Below, piece by piece: positions 46,337-55,990 of a stretch of DNA of 64,000 nt. Numbering within the stretch: the first letter of the stretch is position 1; every line of letters begins with the position of its first letter. This stretch comes from Pseudomonadota bacterium (GTDB lineage Bacteria > Pseudomonadota > Gammaproteobacteria > Burkholderiales > JAJZQI01). Below the pieces are notes generated by a model. That model saw only the letters and a list, made by a program, of their open reading frames with translations, had not been told where the DNA came from and did no database searches. The DNA lies in the NCBI GenBank assembly GCA_021851875.1, contig JAJZQI010000007.1:27800-91799 (forward strand), given 5' to 3'. The position numbers were made by a program, and so were the translations under genes.

Positions 46337-47236
46337 ATGAATACCCAGGCTGTCAAGGATTTCCTGCTGCAATTGCAGGAGCTGATCATCGAACGCATGG
46401 AAACCCTCGACGGCAAGGCATTCCGTCGCGACAGTTGGGAGCGTCCGGAGGGCGGCGGCGGCATCAGTGCGGTGATCGAAGAGGGCAATCTGCTGGAACG
46501 CGGCGGGGTGAATTTTTCCCATGTCATGGGCGACCGCCTGCCGCCGTCCGCCAGTGCGCACCGGGCCGAACTGGCCGGCCGCAGCTTCGAGGCCATGGGC
46601 GTGTCGCTGGTGTTCCATCCGCGCAACCCCTATGTGCCGACCGTGCACATGAACGTGCGCTTCTTCTGCGCCAACAAGCCGGGCGAAGAGCCGGTCTGGT
46701 GGTTCGGCGGCGGTATGGATCTGACGCCCTATTACGGTTTCGAGGAAGACGCGGTGCACTTCCACACCATTTGCCGCAATGCCCTGACACCGTTTGGCGA
46801 GGACTATTACCCGCGCTTCAAGCAATGGTGCGACGAGTATTTCTACCTCAAGCACCGGCAGGAGCCGCGCGGCATCGGCGGCATTTTCTTCGACGATCTG
46901 AATGACACCGATTTCGACTTCAGCTTCAACCTGATGCAGAGCGTCGGCGATCATTTTCTGTCGGCCTATGTGCCGATCGCCGAGCGGCGCAGGGATATTC
47001 CGTATGGCGAGCGCGAGCGGGATTTTCAGGCCTACCGGCGCGGGCGCTATGTCGAATTCAATCTGGTGTTCGATCGCGGTACCTTGTTCGGCTTGCAATC
47101 GGGCGGGCGCACGGAATCCATTCTCATGTCCATGCCGCCGATCGTGAAATGGCGCTACGACTGGAAACCCCAGGCGGGCACGCCTGAGGCGGCGCTGACG
47201 GAAACCTTCCTGACCGGCCGCGACTGGCTGGCCTGA
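46337..47236 (+). CDS. hemF: Oxygen-dependent coproporphyrinogen III oxidase
   Basis: Track ORF trimmed to ATG 46337. Motifs ...[15 protein letters not shown]...GVNFSHV...[21 protein letters not shown]. 299 aa. Confidence 0.95.
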   Translation: MNTQAVKDFLLQLQELIIERMETLDGKAFRRDSWERPEGGGGISAVIEEGNLLERGGVNFSHVMGDRLPPSASAHRAELAGRSFEAMGVSLVFHPRNPYVPTVHMNVRFFCANKPGEEPVWWFGGGMDLTPYYGFEEDAVHFHTICRNALTPFGEDYYPRFKQWCDEYFYLKHRQEPRGIGGIFFDDLNDTDFDFSFNLMQSVGDHFLSAYVPIAERRRDIPYGERERDFQAYRRGRYVEFNLVFDRGTLFGLQSGGRTESILMSMPPIVKWRYDWKPQAGTPEAALTETFLTGRDWLA

Positions 47237-47343
47237 TCAGTCGCCGGCTTGCCGCATGGAGTCCGCGTTGCAGTAATGGGTTTTGGTGTTACCATACTTT
47301 GCAAGTAACACCAAACCACATAACTATAAGTAATGGAGGACCG

Positions 47344-48189
47344 ATGCTGCGCATATTCAAGTATCTGATTTTCCTGCTATCCATGCTGTCGTCGGTATGG
47401 GCGAACGAGGGCGCAGTCCTGCGCTTCGGGCTGTTTCCCAACCTTGAGCCGCGCACCCTGACCATGTTGTACGAACCATTGCGGCAACACCTGGAAAAAA
47501 GCCTGGGGATGCCCGTGCATCTGTACAGCACGCCGGATTTCCTCAGTTTTGCCAGCCGCACGCAGAAGAACAGTTATGACCTGGTGCTGACGGCGCCCCA
47601 TCTGGCTTATCTGGCGACGCAGGACGCAGAATACATCCCCATTGCGGCTTACCAGCGAAATTTCCAGACCCTGCTGGTCGTGCGCAAACAGGCCCACCCG
47701 GTTACGCTGCAGAAGTTGCGCGGCGGAACGATCGCCGTGCCCGATCCGGATGCGCTGGTTACCCGCGTCGGCGCCGACATGCTGAGCCACAACGGCTTGC
47801 CGCCTGCGGACTACCATATCGTTGCCAAACATGGCCATGAAGGCGCGGCCATGGCGGTGCTGGCCGGCGATGCGTCGGCTGCGCTGGTGGGAACGATTCC
47901 GTATTACCAGCTATCGGGGGCGAGCCGGTCTGATTTGCAGATTCTGCTCCGTTCACAGAGCTTTCCCAGTCAATATTTTCTGGTTAATAAACACGTGCCG
48001 GTGCAGCAGCGCAAAGCCATTCTTGCAGCTTTGCTCGGTTACAACAAAACACCTGCGGGACAAGCCATGCTGGAGAGCAGCGGCTTGAAAAAAGTGGTGG
48101 CGGACAATGGCAGGGCGCTGGCGCGGCTGGGGTCTTCCGCCGAACCGGTACGGCAAAAATTGCAGCAGCTCGGCAATACCTATCAGTAA
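47344..48189 (+). CDS. PhnD-like periplasmic substrate-binding protein (orphan)
   Basis: Signal peptide MLRIFKYLIFLLSMLSSVWA. A PBP type-2 fold is suggested by LRFGLFPN...YDLVLTAPHLAY. No adjacent permease or ATPase gene. Confidence 0.7.
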   Translation: MLRIFKYLIFLLSMLSSVWANEGAVLRFGLFPNLEPRTLTMLYEPLRQHLEKSLGMPVHLYSTPDFLSFASRTQKNSYDLVLTAPHLAYLATQDAEYIPIAAYQRNFQTLLVVRKQAHPVTLQKLRGGTIAVPDPDALVTRVGADMLSHNGLPPADYHIVAKHGHEGAAMAVLAGDASAALVGTIPYYQLSGASRSDLQILLRSQSFPSQYFLVNKHVPVQQRKAILAALLGYNKTPAGQAMLESSGLKKVVADNGRALARLGSSAEPVRQKLQQLGNTYQ

Positions 48190-48194
48190 AAGCC

Positions 48195-48752
48195 ATGGCA
48201 GGTCGCCTGACGCTTCCCACCTGGATCACACTGCTGCGGTTCATGTTTGTGCCGCTGTTGCTGTGGTTTCTGGCGCAGGCGAACTGGGCCGCTGCGCTGC
48301 TGACGTTTATCCTGGCCGGGGCCAGCGACTGGCTGGATGGCTATCTGGCGCGCCGGCTGCAGCTGCAAAGCGACATCGGCGCACTGCTTGATCCCTTGGC
48401 CGATAAGGCGATGCTGCTGGCGGCCAGCGCCATGCTGTTGTGGCTGGGCCTGATTCCCTTATGGCTGGCGGGCGCGATCATTCTGCGCGACGTGCTGATC
48501 GTTTCCGGCGGGGTGATGTATCACTGGCATGTCGGGCCGGTGGAAATTGCGCCGACCCGTCTGGGCAAACTCAATACGCTGTTCGAATTCACCCTGCTGA
48601 CCGCCGTGCTGTTGCGGCAGGCGCTGGCGGCGGACTGGCAACTGCTGCCTGCCTACCTGCTCCTGCTGGGCAGCATTCTGTTGTCCGGCGGGCACTATGT
48701 CTGGCTATGGGCAAGCAAGGCCATGCGCCACCGGCGGACGGGAAAACCCTAG
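48195..48752 (+). CDS. CDP-alcohol phosphatidyltransferase family protein
   Basis: 185 aa. Motif DWLDGYLARRLQLQSDIGALLDPLADK matches D-G-x2-A-R-x8-G-x3-D-x3-D. Confidence 0.85.
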   Translation: MAGRLTLPTWITLLRFMFVPLLLWFLAQANWAAALLTFILAGASDWLDGYLARRLQLQSDIGALLDPLADKAMLLAASAMLLWLGLIPLWLAGAIILRDVLIVSGGVMYHWHVGPVEIAPTRLGKLNTLFEFTLLTAVLLRQALAADWQLLPAYLLLLGSILLSGGHYVWLWASKAMRHRRTGKP

Positions 48753-50152
48753 CTGCGGGCGGCCAGATTGCTGTGGCGGTAGGAGTAGGCGAAATACACC
48801 AGCAGACCCAGCGCCAGCCACAGACCGAAGCGCAGCCAGGTCATCAGCGGCAGGAAAGCCATCAGCGCGCCGCAGGAGAGCATGCCCAGGATGGGGAAGA
48901 CCGGGTTGAGCGGATTCTTGAACGGGCGGTGAATGTGCGGCTGGCGGATGCGCAGCACGATGACGCCGAAACACACCAGCACAAACGCCGCCAGGGTGCC
49001 GATATTGACCAGCTCGGCCAGCTCGCCCAGCGGCACCAGCCCCGACATGGCGCTGATGACGATACCGAAGAATACGATGGCGCGGACCGGCGTGTGGGTG
49101 TTTTCATTCACTTTGGCAAAGCTGCGCGGCAGCAGCCCGTCGCGCGACATGGAAAAGAAAATGCGGGTCAGGCCGTAATACAACACCAGCATCACGGTGG
49201 TCAGACCGGCGATCACGCCGGTGGAAACCAGCGCAGAGGCCCAGTGAATGCCGATTTTCTCCAGCGCGAAGGCCACCGGCGACGATACGTTGAGGATGGA
49301 GTAGGGCACGATGCCGGTCAGCAGGCCGGAGACCACGATGTAGATGAGGGTACAGAAAACCAGCGAAGCGATGATGCCGACCGGCAGATCGCGCTGCGGG
49401 TTCTTGGCTTCTTCCGCCGCGGTGGAAACCGCGTCGAAACCGACGTAGGCAAAAAACACGATGGAAGCGCCGGCCAGGACGCCAATCGGCTTGCCGTCGG
49501 CCGCATGGTCGAACCAGCCGAACGGTATGAAGGGGCTCCAGTTGGCTGCGTCGACATGGAACAGGGCCACGCCGATAAAGGTGGCGATGGTCAGCAGTTT
49601 GACGAACACCATCGCTGTATTCAGGCGGGTGCTCTGCTTCACGCCGATGATCAGCATCACCATCAAGGCGATCACGATGCCGGCTGCCGGCAGGTTGATC
49701 AGGCCGCCGGCAGCGGGGGCCTTGGTCAGCGCCTCCGGCAGACCCAGTCCGACGGCGGTGAGCGCGTTGTTGAAGTAGCCTGACCAGCCATTGGCCACGG
49801 CCGCGACGGAAACGCCGTATTCCAGCAACAGATCCCAGCCGATGATCCAAGCCACCAGTTCGCCGAAGGCGGCATAACTGTAGCCGTAGGCACTGCCGCT
49901 GCCGCCCACGGCAGAAGCAAGCTCGGCGTAGGCCAGTGCGGCGAAGGCGCAGGCCAGACCGGAAATGATGAACGACAGGACCACCGCCGGGCCGGCCAGA
50001 TTGGCGGCGGCAATGCCGGTGAGCACGAAAATGCCGGTGCCGATGATGGCGCCGACGCCGAGGAATGTCAGGTCAAATGCCGACAGTACCCGCTTCAGGC
50101 CGGAATGTTCCATCTCGTCGGGGGATAGAAGTTTGGTGCGAAACAGGCTCAC
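48749..50152 (-). CDS. APC-superfamily amino acid permease
   Basis: 467 aa with about 12 TM helices. Motif FLGVGAIIGTGIFVLTG. GTG start. Confidence 0.9.
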   Translation of the reverse strand: MSLFRTKLLSPDEMEHSGLKRVLSAFDLTFLGVGAIIGTGIFVLTGIAAANLAGPAVVLSFIISGLACAFAALAYAELASAVGGSGSAYGYSYAAFGELVAWIIGWDLLLEYGVSVAAVANGWSGYFNNALTAVGLGLPEALTKAPAAGGLINLPAAGIVIALMVMLIIGVKQSTRLNTAMVFVKLLTIATFIGVALFHVDAANWSPFIPFGWFDHAADGKPIGVLAGASIVFFAYVGFDAVSTAAEEAKNPQRDLPVGIIASLVFCTLIYIVVSGLLTGIVPYSILNVSSPVAFALEKIGIHWASALVSTGVIAGLTTVMLVLYYGLTRIFFSMSRDGLLPRSFAKVNENTHTPVRAIVFFGIVISAMSGLVPLGELAELVNIGTLAAFVLVCFGVIVLRIRQPHIHRPFKNPLNPVFPILGMLSCGALMAFLPLMTWLRFGLWLALGLLVYFAYSYRHSNLAARS

Positions 50153-50325
50153 TGCGGCGTCTCCCTTGAAGTAAACGCTGATCTACGAATAAATCAGCCG
50201 GATGGCTGCGCGGTATCGTGTCCGCGCAATCTCACGCTTTCAATGACTTGCGTCATCGAGCGGCCGGGCGATGCGCTCGCCCGGCAAGGAAACACCCGTA
50301 AATGGGCGTTTCCTTAAGTTTTTTG

Positions 50326-50643
50326 TCAATTTTTGGTAATACTAACGGCTCGGCTGAGCAAGGGCAACTCATGCCGGCGGGCGTTGGCGGCGATGAATTC
50401 GGCCCGTTCGGTGGACAGGCCGGTGAAACCGGCGTTGCCGCGGCTATTCAGTGCGGCAAAATGTGTGGCGGATTCGCCCAGGAGGGTGGCAAACAGCACT
50501 TCCAGTTCCCAGGCATCCACTTTCAGCGCGCCGAACGGATCGGTTGCGCTGGCGGGATGCCAAAACAGCGATGGCAGCCAGTTCTTGGCGCGGACGGCGG
50601 GTTCATTGAACCAGCGAATGAGTTTGGCTTCGAGCGTTTCCAT
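50326..50643 (-). CDS. Hypothetical protein (105 aa)
   Basis: The most protein-like of three overlapping ORFs (METLEAKLIRWFNEPAVRAKNW...). No family recognised. Confidence 0.45.
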   Translation of the reverse strand: METLEAKLIRWFNEPAVRAKNWLPSLFWHPASATDPFGALKVDAWELEVLFATLLGESATHFAALNSRGNAGFTGLSTERAEFIAANARRHELPLLSRAVSITKN

Positions 50644-50682
50644 CGGTAATATTTCTCGCTTCAGGGCAGTGGGTGATTCTGT

Positions 50683-51138
50683 ATGCAGTTCTGGTTAATG
50701 AAGTCCGAGCCTGACGATGTGAGCATCGACGATCTGGCCGCACGTCCCGGTCAGACGGTGCCGTGGTACGGTGTGCGCAACTACCAGGCGCGCAATTTCA
50801 TGCGTGACGCCATGCAAATCGGCGATCGGGTATTATTTTACCACTCCGGTTGCGAGGTGCCCGGCATCGCCGGTCTGGCCGAGGTGGCGAGCGGTCCTTA
50901 CCCCGATGCCAGCCAGTTCGATCCGGCCAGCCCTTATTTCGATGCCAAAGCCAGGCAGGAGGAGCCGCGCTGGCTGCTGGTGGACGTCAAGCTGGTGAAA
51001 AAGACCCGTTTCATGCCGCTGACGGAAATGCGCGGCTACGCCGGGCTGGAGGAAATGCGCGTGCTGCAGCGCGGCAATCGCCTGTCGATTACGCCTGTTA
51101 CGCCATTCGAGTGGCAATTCATTACGGAGCATTTGTGA
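50683..51138 (+). CDS. EVE (PUA-like) domain protein
   Basis: 151 aa. MQFWLMKSEPDDVSIDDL...WYGVRNYQARNFMRD...GDRVLFYHS. Confidence 0.85.
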   Translation: MQFWLMKSEPDDVSIDDLAARPGQTVPWYGVRNYQARNFMRDAMQIGDRVLFYHSGCEVPGIAGLAEVASGPYPDASQFDPASPYFDAKARQEEPRWLLVDVKLVKKTRFMPLTEMRGYAGLEEMRVLQRGNRLSITPVTPFEWQFITEHL

Positions 51139-51827
51139 CCAAGTTCTATCATTTCTGGTCCAGCATGCCGGCGCAGCGTGTGCGTCTGGCGCTGGCCTAC
51201 AAGCAGGTGCCGCATGAGGCGATTGCCTTATCGCACGATGACGATGCGGTGTTTTTCGATTACGGCGTGGCGCATGCCGACTGCCTGTTGCTGCGCGATA
51301 GCGGTGCGGTGGCAAGCGATCCGTTGCTGATTCTGCAATCGCTGGACGAGTGGCTGGGCGGCCGGCCGATTCTGCAAGGTGTGCTGCCGCCGGAAGCCTG
51401 GGCGGCGCTGTTGCAATGGCGCAACTCTGTCGAACATGTGCTGGGCCGGCTCTATGCGGCCGTGCTGCCCGGTTTCCTTGATATAGAAGAGAGCGAAACG
51501 GCCCATGCCGCCTGCAAGGCGGAGATCGAACGCAAGTATGGCATGAGCCTGGAAGCGCTGACCAACGACCGTTACGACGGTTTCAGCCAGCTGTCGGCCA
51601 TGAGCCGGTTGAAAGAGCTGGGACGGCACCTGGGCAAGGAAAAATTCTATTATGGCGGCCAGTTGACGGCGGCCGACATTCTGCTGGCTTGCGATCTGTT
51701 TCCGTTGCAGCTGCTCGACGGCGTGACCGTGCCGCTCGATATCATGTATTACATCAAGCGGGTGGAGGATGCCTGCGGCGCCAGCCCCCGCGACGGGGTG
51801 GTCGCTACGCTGGCCACCGCGCATTGA
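51135..51827 (+). CDS. Glutathione S-transferase-family protein
   Basis: Track ORF 50850-51827 trimmed to GTG 51135, overlapping the EVE stop (GTGA). A GST C-terminal-like helix bundle is present. An alternative ATG lies at 51165. Confidence 0.65.
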   Translation: MTKFYHFWSSMPAQRVRLALAYKQVPHEAIALSHDDDAVFFDYGVAHADCLLLRDSGAVASDPLLILQSLDEWLGGRPILQGVLPPEAWAALLQWRNSVEHVLGRLYAAVLPGFLDIEESETAHAACKAEIERKYGMSLEALTNDRYDGFSQLSAMSRLKELGRHLGKEKFYYGGQLTAADILLACDLFPLQLLDGVTVPLDIMYYIKRVEDACGASPRDGVVATLATAH

Positions 51828-52764
51828 ATGCGCGCACGAACCGTTCGATCTCCGCGGCCGGCAGCCGGGTAATGCCGGCCGCCCCTTCGCGTCCGCCGCC
51901 ATGGACAAATTGCTGGCACAGCTGAGCGGCTCCGAACGGGTGACTGAGCGGGGCGCGCACGCTGACGGACAGGGTGTCTTCCGCCGTCGGCGTCAGGATG
52001 GCGTGAGCCCGTTGCGGAAAACGATTGGCCAGCCGGTTGCCGAACGGGCCGTTGGCGCGTCGGCTCCAGGCGCTATCGGGCAACAGCCAGACTGCCGCAT
52101 GTTCGTTTTCCTCCAGCGGTGACAGCGCCTCAGCCATGGCAAGATCGTTTGCGAAACCCGCCTGCAGGGTGGTAAAGGCGCTGTCGGCATAAATGAAATC
52201 CAGTGGCCGGGTATAGGGATGCAGGCGCTTGAACAGGTCGGCCGGGTGGAACCACAGATCCGCCACGCTTTCGCCGTAGGCATTGTAGTTGAGGCATTCG
52301 CCCAGGGTTTGCAGGGCGGTCTGATGATCCTGCGGCAATTCCAGCTGGTCGGCCAGCTGGCGTGCGCTGTTGCCGAGGTTGTCGCCAAACGCCGCGACCA
52401 CCGCCCATTCTGCGTGGCTGCCGTGCAAGTGGTGGTTCATCAGCAGGCTGGTGCAGACTGCCGGTGAAGTGTCGATGTGCGCGGTGAAATAGGGGTGCTG
52501 CGGCAAGGGGCCGGGCAGATGATGGTCGAACCATTCGACTTTGGCGCCGCGTTCCAGCAGGCGTTCGAGCGCCGCTCGATTGGCCGCCACGCTGATGTCG
52601 AGTGCCAGCACATGATCGTCGCGGCCGGCCGGGGTGCGCTCAAGCAGGGCGATATCGCGTTTGACTCCGGTGACCAGCATGCCGTGCCCCGGGTGGGCAA
52701 GACGGTATTGCTGCAGCGCGCATAGGCCGTCGGCATCGCCGTTGAAGACGTCATAGTGTGTCAT
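51805..52764 (-). CDS. DHH-family phosphoesterase-like protein
   Basis: 319 aa. N-terminal DVFNGDADG, then VLALD, then EWFDHH. These are DHH motifs I-III. Confidence 0.65.
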   Translation of the reverse strand: MTHYDVFNGDADGLCALQQYRLAHPGHGMLVTGVKRDIALLERTPAGRDDHVLALDISVAANRAALERLLERGAKVEWFDHHLPGPLPQHPYFTAHIDTSPAVCTSLLMNHHLHGSHAEWAVVAAFGDNLGNSARQLADQLELPQDHQTALQTLGECLNYNAYGESVADLWFHPADLFKRLHPYTRPLDFIYADSAFTTLQAGFANDLAMAEALSPLEENEHAAVWLLPDSAWSRRANGPFGNRLANRFPQRAHAILTPTAEDTLSVSVRAPLSHPFGAAQLCQQFVHGGGREGAAGITRLPAAEIERFVRAFNARWPA

Positions 52765-52871
52765 GGACGCGTCTATTATAATGACTGGGGAACGCTGTCA
52801 GTTTAGTGTTTCCGGATGCCCTGAACAATAGCGCAAACAACCAAGAGCCCGCTTCCGGCGGATATTTAACC

Positions 52872-53978
52872 ATGCCATCCCGCGCGCAAAACGACTCGAC
52901 GCATCGCAGCCTGTTGTGGTTGCCCCTGCTGGCCTATGTGCTGTTGGTCATCTACGGCAGCCTGTTTCCGTGGTCGGGCTGGCAATGGCCGCAGGAAAAT
53001 CTGCTGGCTTTCCTGTGGGCGCCCCTGCCGCACTACATCACACGCACCGACGTGACCACCAATCTGTTCGTGTATTTTCCCGTCGGCCTGCTGGCGGCAC
53101 TGGTGTTGCGCCGTGCCGGCAACCTGCCGCTGACCTGGCTGCGGGCCACGTTTTGGGGTGCCGGCCTGAGCCTGTGCATGGAGTTCGGACAGAATTTCCT
53201 GCCCTGGCGCAATGCTTCCAATTTCGATGTGCTGGTCAACACCTGCGGCAGCGCGCTGGGAGCACTGGCGTTTGTGCTGCTGCATGAGCGGACGCCGGCT
53301 GGCCGCTGGCTGCGCCGTTGGCGAACGCGGCATTTCCGTCCCGGCTGGGATGCCGATGCCGGGGTGGCGCTGCTGGCGCTGTGGGGCCTGGCGCAGTTGA
53401 GTTTACGTTTGCCTTCGCTGGTGTCCGGCAATTGGCGGGAAACCTGGGTGCCTTTCTGGCACTGGGATGCCGCACTTATGCAGGCGTCGCCGCTGGCCAT
53501 GATGGTGTATGCGCTGGAACTGGCCGCCGTGACCTTTTTCGTGCTGCAGCTGGTGCACGACCGCGACCGGCGCCCGCGCACGGCGCTGCTGGTATTCGTG
53601 CTGCTGCTGGCGGTCAAATTCGCCGCGGCCGCTGTGCTGGTGCGGAGCCATGTCCTGCCGCGCCTGCTGTCGCTGGATGTGGTGGGCGGGATCCTGGCCG
53701 GTTTGCTGCTGCTGGGCGTGCTGCTTCGCCGGGAGCGGTGCGGCAAGGCGGAGCTGGTGCTGGCCCTGCTGGCCGCTTTGGTGTCGGCCAAGCTGTTCTA
53801 TCTGCTGAATAGCGAAGATTACGTTGGCGGGCCGCTGTTCGCCTGGCAGGATAATCATATCCGCTGGGTCAACATGACCGGCTTCGCCTACTGGCTGGCC
53901 GATATCTGGCCGTTTGCCGCGGCTTTGTACATGATCGTCTGGCGTTGGCTGCTGCCGTCCGGTCGCGGCAGGAATTGA
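52872..53978 (+). CDS. VanZ-like membrane protein
   Basis: Polytopic membrane protein. VanZ core ...NLFVYFPVGLL...EFGQNFLPWRNASNFDVLVNTCGSALG. Start taken at ATG 52872. Confidence 0.7.
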   Translation: MPSRAQNDSTHRSLLWLPLLAYVLLVIYGSLFPWSGWQWPQENLLAFLWAPLPHYITRTDVTTNLFVYFPVGLLAALVLRRAGNLPLTWLRATFWGAGLSLCMEFGQNFLPWRNASNFDVLVNTCGSALGALAFVLLHERTPAGRWLRRWRTRHFRPGWDADAGVALLALWGLAQLSLRLPSLVSGNWRETWVPFWHWDAALMQASPLAMMVYALELAAVTFFVLQLVHDRDRRPRTALLVFVLLLAVKFAAAAVLVRSHVLPRLLSLDVVGGILAGLLLLGVLLRRERCGKAELVLALLAALVSAKLFYLLNSEDYVGGPLFAWQDNHIRWVNMTGFAYWLADIWPFAAALYMIVWRWLLPSGRGRN

Positions 53979-54016
53979 GTGTGGTATTTCTGCTCTTGCC
54001 GGGGCGCAGTCCGGGG

Positions 54017-54619
54017 CTAACTGGCCGCGATTAATCCTGCCGCCGCGAAGGCGGTCTGCCGCTTGAGGCATTGCGGGCATTGCCTGCAAGGGCGCGCGTG
54101 CCCCAGCAGGCAGCTCCAGGTGCGGCGATAATCGACATTGCGGGCCAGGCCAAGCTGCACAATGGCGGCTTTGCTCAGTTCGGCCAGCGGCGTGTGCAGG
54201 TGTAATTGCAGGGTTTGCAGACTCTGGCGCAGCAGCCTGATAAACTCCGGAGTGGAGGCGGCATCGGCCGCGGCATCTTCGCGGTTGATGCCCAAATACA
54301 CCGCATCGGCGCGGATCTGCGCGGCCCAGGCAGCCGCCAGTGCCGCAGCCATGAGATTGCGATGGGGAATCGGCACATGCCGGCTGAGGCAGGCCTCGCC
54401 GCGAAAGAAATGGCCGATGCGGGATGCCGGCATGATGTCGAGCGACAGGCCGAGCTGATCGCACTGCCACTGGGCGGCGCGTTTTTCCTGCCGTGCGTTG
54501 CGCTGGCCGTAGTCGATGAACAGCGGAGCCAGAGCATGATCCGGCGCCAGCATGTGCAGCAGGGTGGTGCTTTCCACTCCGCCGCTTAATAGAATGACAG
54601 CTTTCATGGCCCACAGCAT
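54017..54619 (-). CDS. QueC-like PP-loop ATPase (7-cyano-7-deazaguanine synthase paralogue), divergent
   Basis: PP-loop AVILLSGGVESTT; canonical QueC has SGGxDS. C-terminal Cys cluster SCLLGHARPCRQCPQCLKR. Shorter than canonical QueC. Alternative start at 54607. Confidence 0.65.
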   Translation of the reverse strand: MLWAMKAVILLSGGVESTTLLHMLAPDHALAPLFIDYGQRNARQEKRAAQWQCDQLGLSLDIMPASRIGHFFRGEACLSRHVPIPHRNLMAAALAAAWAAQIRADAVYLGINREDAAADAASTPEFIRLLRQSLQTLQLHLHTPLAELSKAAIVQLGLARNVDYRRTWSCLLGHARPCRQCPQCLKRQTAFAAAGLIAAS

Positions 54620-54630
54620 AGGTTAAAGCG

Positions 54631-54939
54631 ATGGACTTGCAAACACTCACCGGGCAGTTGCGCGATTTCGCCAAACGGCGTGACTGGGGCAAATACCATG
54701 CGCCCAAAAATATCGCCATGGCGCTGGCGGTCGAGGCGGCCGAGCTGATGGAGCCCATGCAGTGGCTGACCGAGGAGGAAAGCCGCCAACCGGATGAAGC
54801 CACACGCGCGCATCTGGCTGACGAGATGGCGGATGTGCTGCTGTATCTGCTGCAGCTGGCGGATGCGCTGGATGTGGACGTGCTGCAGGCCGCCTTTGCC
54901 AAGATGGAAAGGAATGAAACGCGCTTTCCGCCGGTATAA
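54631..54939 (+). CDS. MazG-like nucleotide pyrophosphohydrolase (small, single domain)
   Basis: 102 aa. ...ALAVEAAELME...ADEMADVLLYLLQLAD fits the EExxE...D MazG metal-binding helix pattern. Confidence 0.8.
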   Translation: MDLQTLTGQLRDFAKRRDWGKYHAPKNIAMALAVEAAELMEPMQWLTEEESRQPDEATRAHLADEMADVLLYLLQLADALDVDVLQAAFAKMERNETRFPPV

Positions 54940-55052
54940 TGCGGGAAAACAGCAAGGAGTGAGCAGCAGGCAGCGAAGGGCAGAGGGGTGTTGTTTTCCT
55001 CCTGCGTTGCCTGCTTGTCCTGCCAAAAACCGCAATTTAAGGTAATTCACCA

Positions 55053-55373
55053 ATGACAGACAGCTACTTTAAGCACCACGTATTTTTCTGCACCAACCAG
55101 CGCGAAGATGGTGCCAAGTGCTGCATGGATTTCGATGCCCAGGGCATGCGCGACTACGCCAAGAAAAAAATCAAGGCGCTGGACCTGAACGGCCAGGGCA
55201 AGATTCGTATCAATTCGGCCGGCTGCATGGATCGCTGTGCCGAGGGGCCGGTGCTGGTGGTTTACCCCGAAGCGGTCTGGTACACCTATGTGGACCAGGA
55301 AGACATTGATGAAATCATCCGCGAGCATTTGCAAAACGGGCGCGTGGTCGAGCGCCTGAAGGTGCCGGGTTGA
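55053..55373 (+). CDS. Thioredoxin-like [2Fe-2S] ferredoxin
   Basis: 106 aa. Cys pattern FFCTNQRE...KCC...SAGCMDRCAEGP. Confidence 0.8.
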   Translation: MTDSYFKHHVFFCTNQREDGAKCCMDFDAQGMRDYAKKKIKALDLNGQGKIRINSAGCMDRCAEGPVLVVYPEAVWYTYVDQEDIDEIIREHLQNGRVVERLKVPG

Positions 55374-55990
55374 GTCTCGCCACTGCGGCGCAGCGCCTCA
55401 AGCTGCGCATCGACGCGCCGGCCGGCAAGATCGAGACGGTGGTGAACGATCCCGGCGGGGATCGTCGCGGTCTGGCCGTTGTCGCGCATCCGCATCCCCT
55501 GCATGGCGGCAGTCTGGATAACAAGGTGGTCCACATGCTGTCGCAGACCCTGTGCGAACACGGTTTCGTATCGGTGCGTTCGAATTTCCGCGGCGTTGGC
55601 CGGAGCGATGGCGTGTACGATGCGGGCGAGGGGGAGACGGAGGATCTGCTGGCGGTGATCCATTTTGTGCATGAGCGTTATCCCGACCTGCCGCTGATTC
55701 TGTTGGGTTTTTCCTTCGGTGCGTATGTGCAAAGTCGCGTGGCCAGCCAGCTGGGCGCCGACAAACTGGTCCTGGTCGCCCCGGCGGTGGGGATGTACGC
55801 GTTTCCGCCGGTGCCGGCCGATACCGTGGTCATCCACGGCGAGGATGACGAACTGATTCCCCTGGCGCAGGTGCGGCAATGGACCGAGCGGCAAGGGCTG
55901 CGTTTACAGGTGGTGGCCGGTGCGGACCATTTTTTCAACCGGAAACTGAATGAACTGAAAGAGGCCTTGGTGCAATCGTGCGGGTGCTGA
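55370..55990 (+). CDS. Alpha/beta hydrolase
   Basis: 206 aa. Nucleophile elbow GFSFGA, with downstream D and H (GEDDELIP, GADHFF). A TTG start overlaps the ferredoxin stop, so the start is uncertain. Confidence 0.7.
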   Translation: MSLATAAQRLKLRIDAPAGKIETVVNDPGGDRRGLAVVAHPHPLHGGSLDNKVVHMLSQTLCEHGFVSVRSNFRGVGRSDGVYDAGEGETEDLLAVIHFVHERYPDLPLILLGFSFGAYVQSRVASQLGADKLVLVAPAVGMYAFPPVPADTVVIHGEDDELIPLAQVRQWTERQGLRLQVVAGADHFFNRKLNELKEALVQSCGC

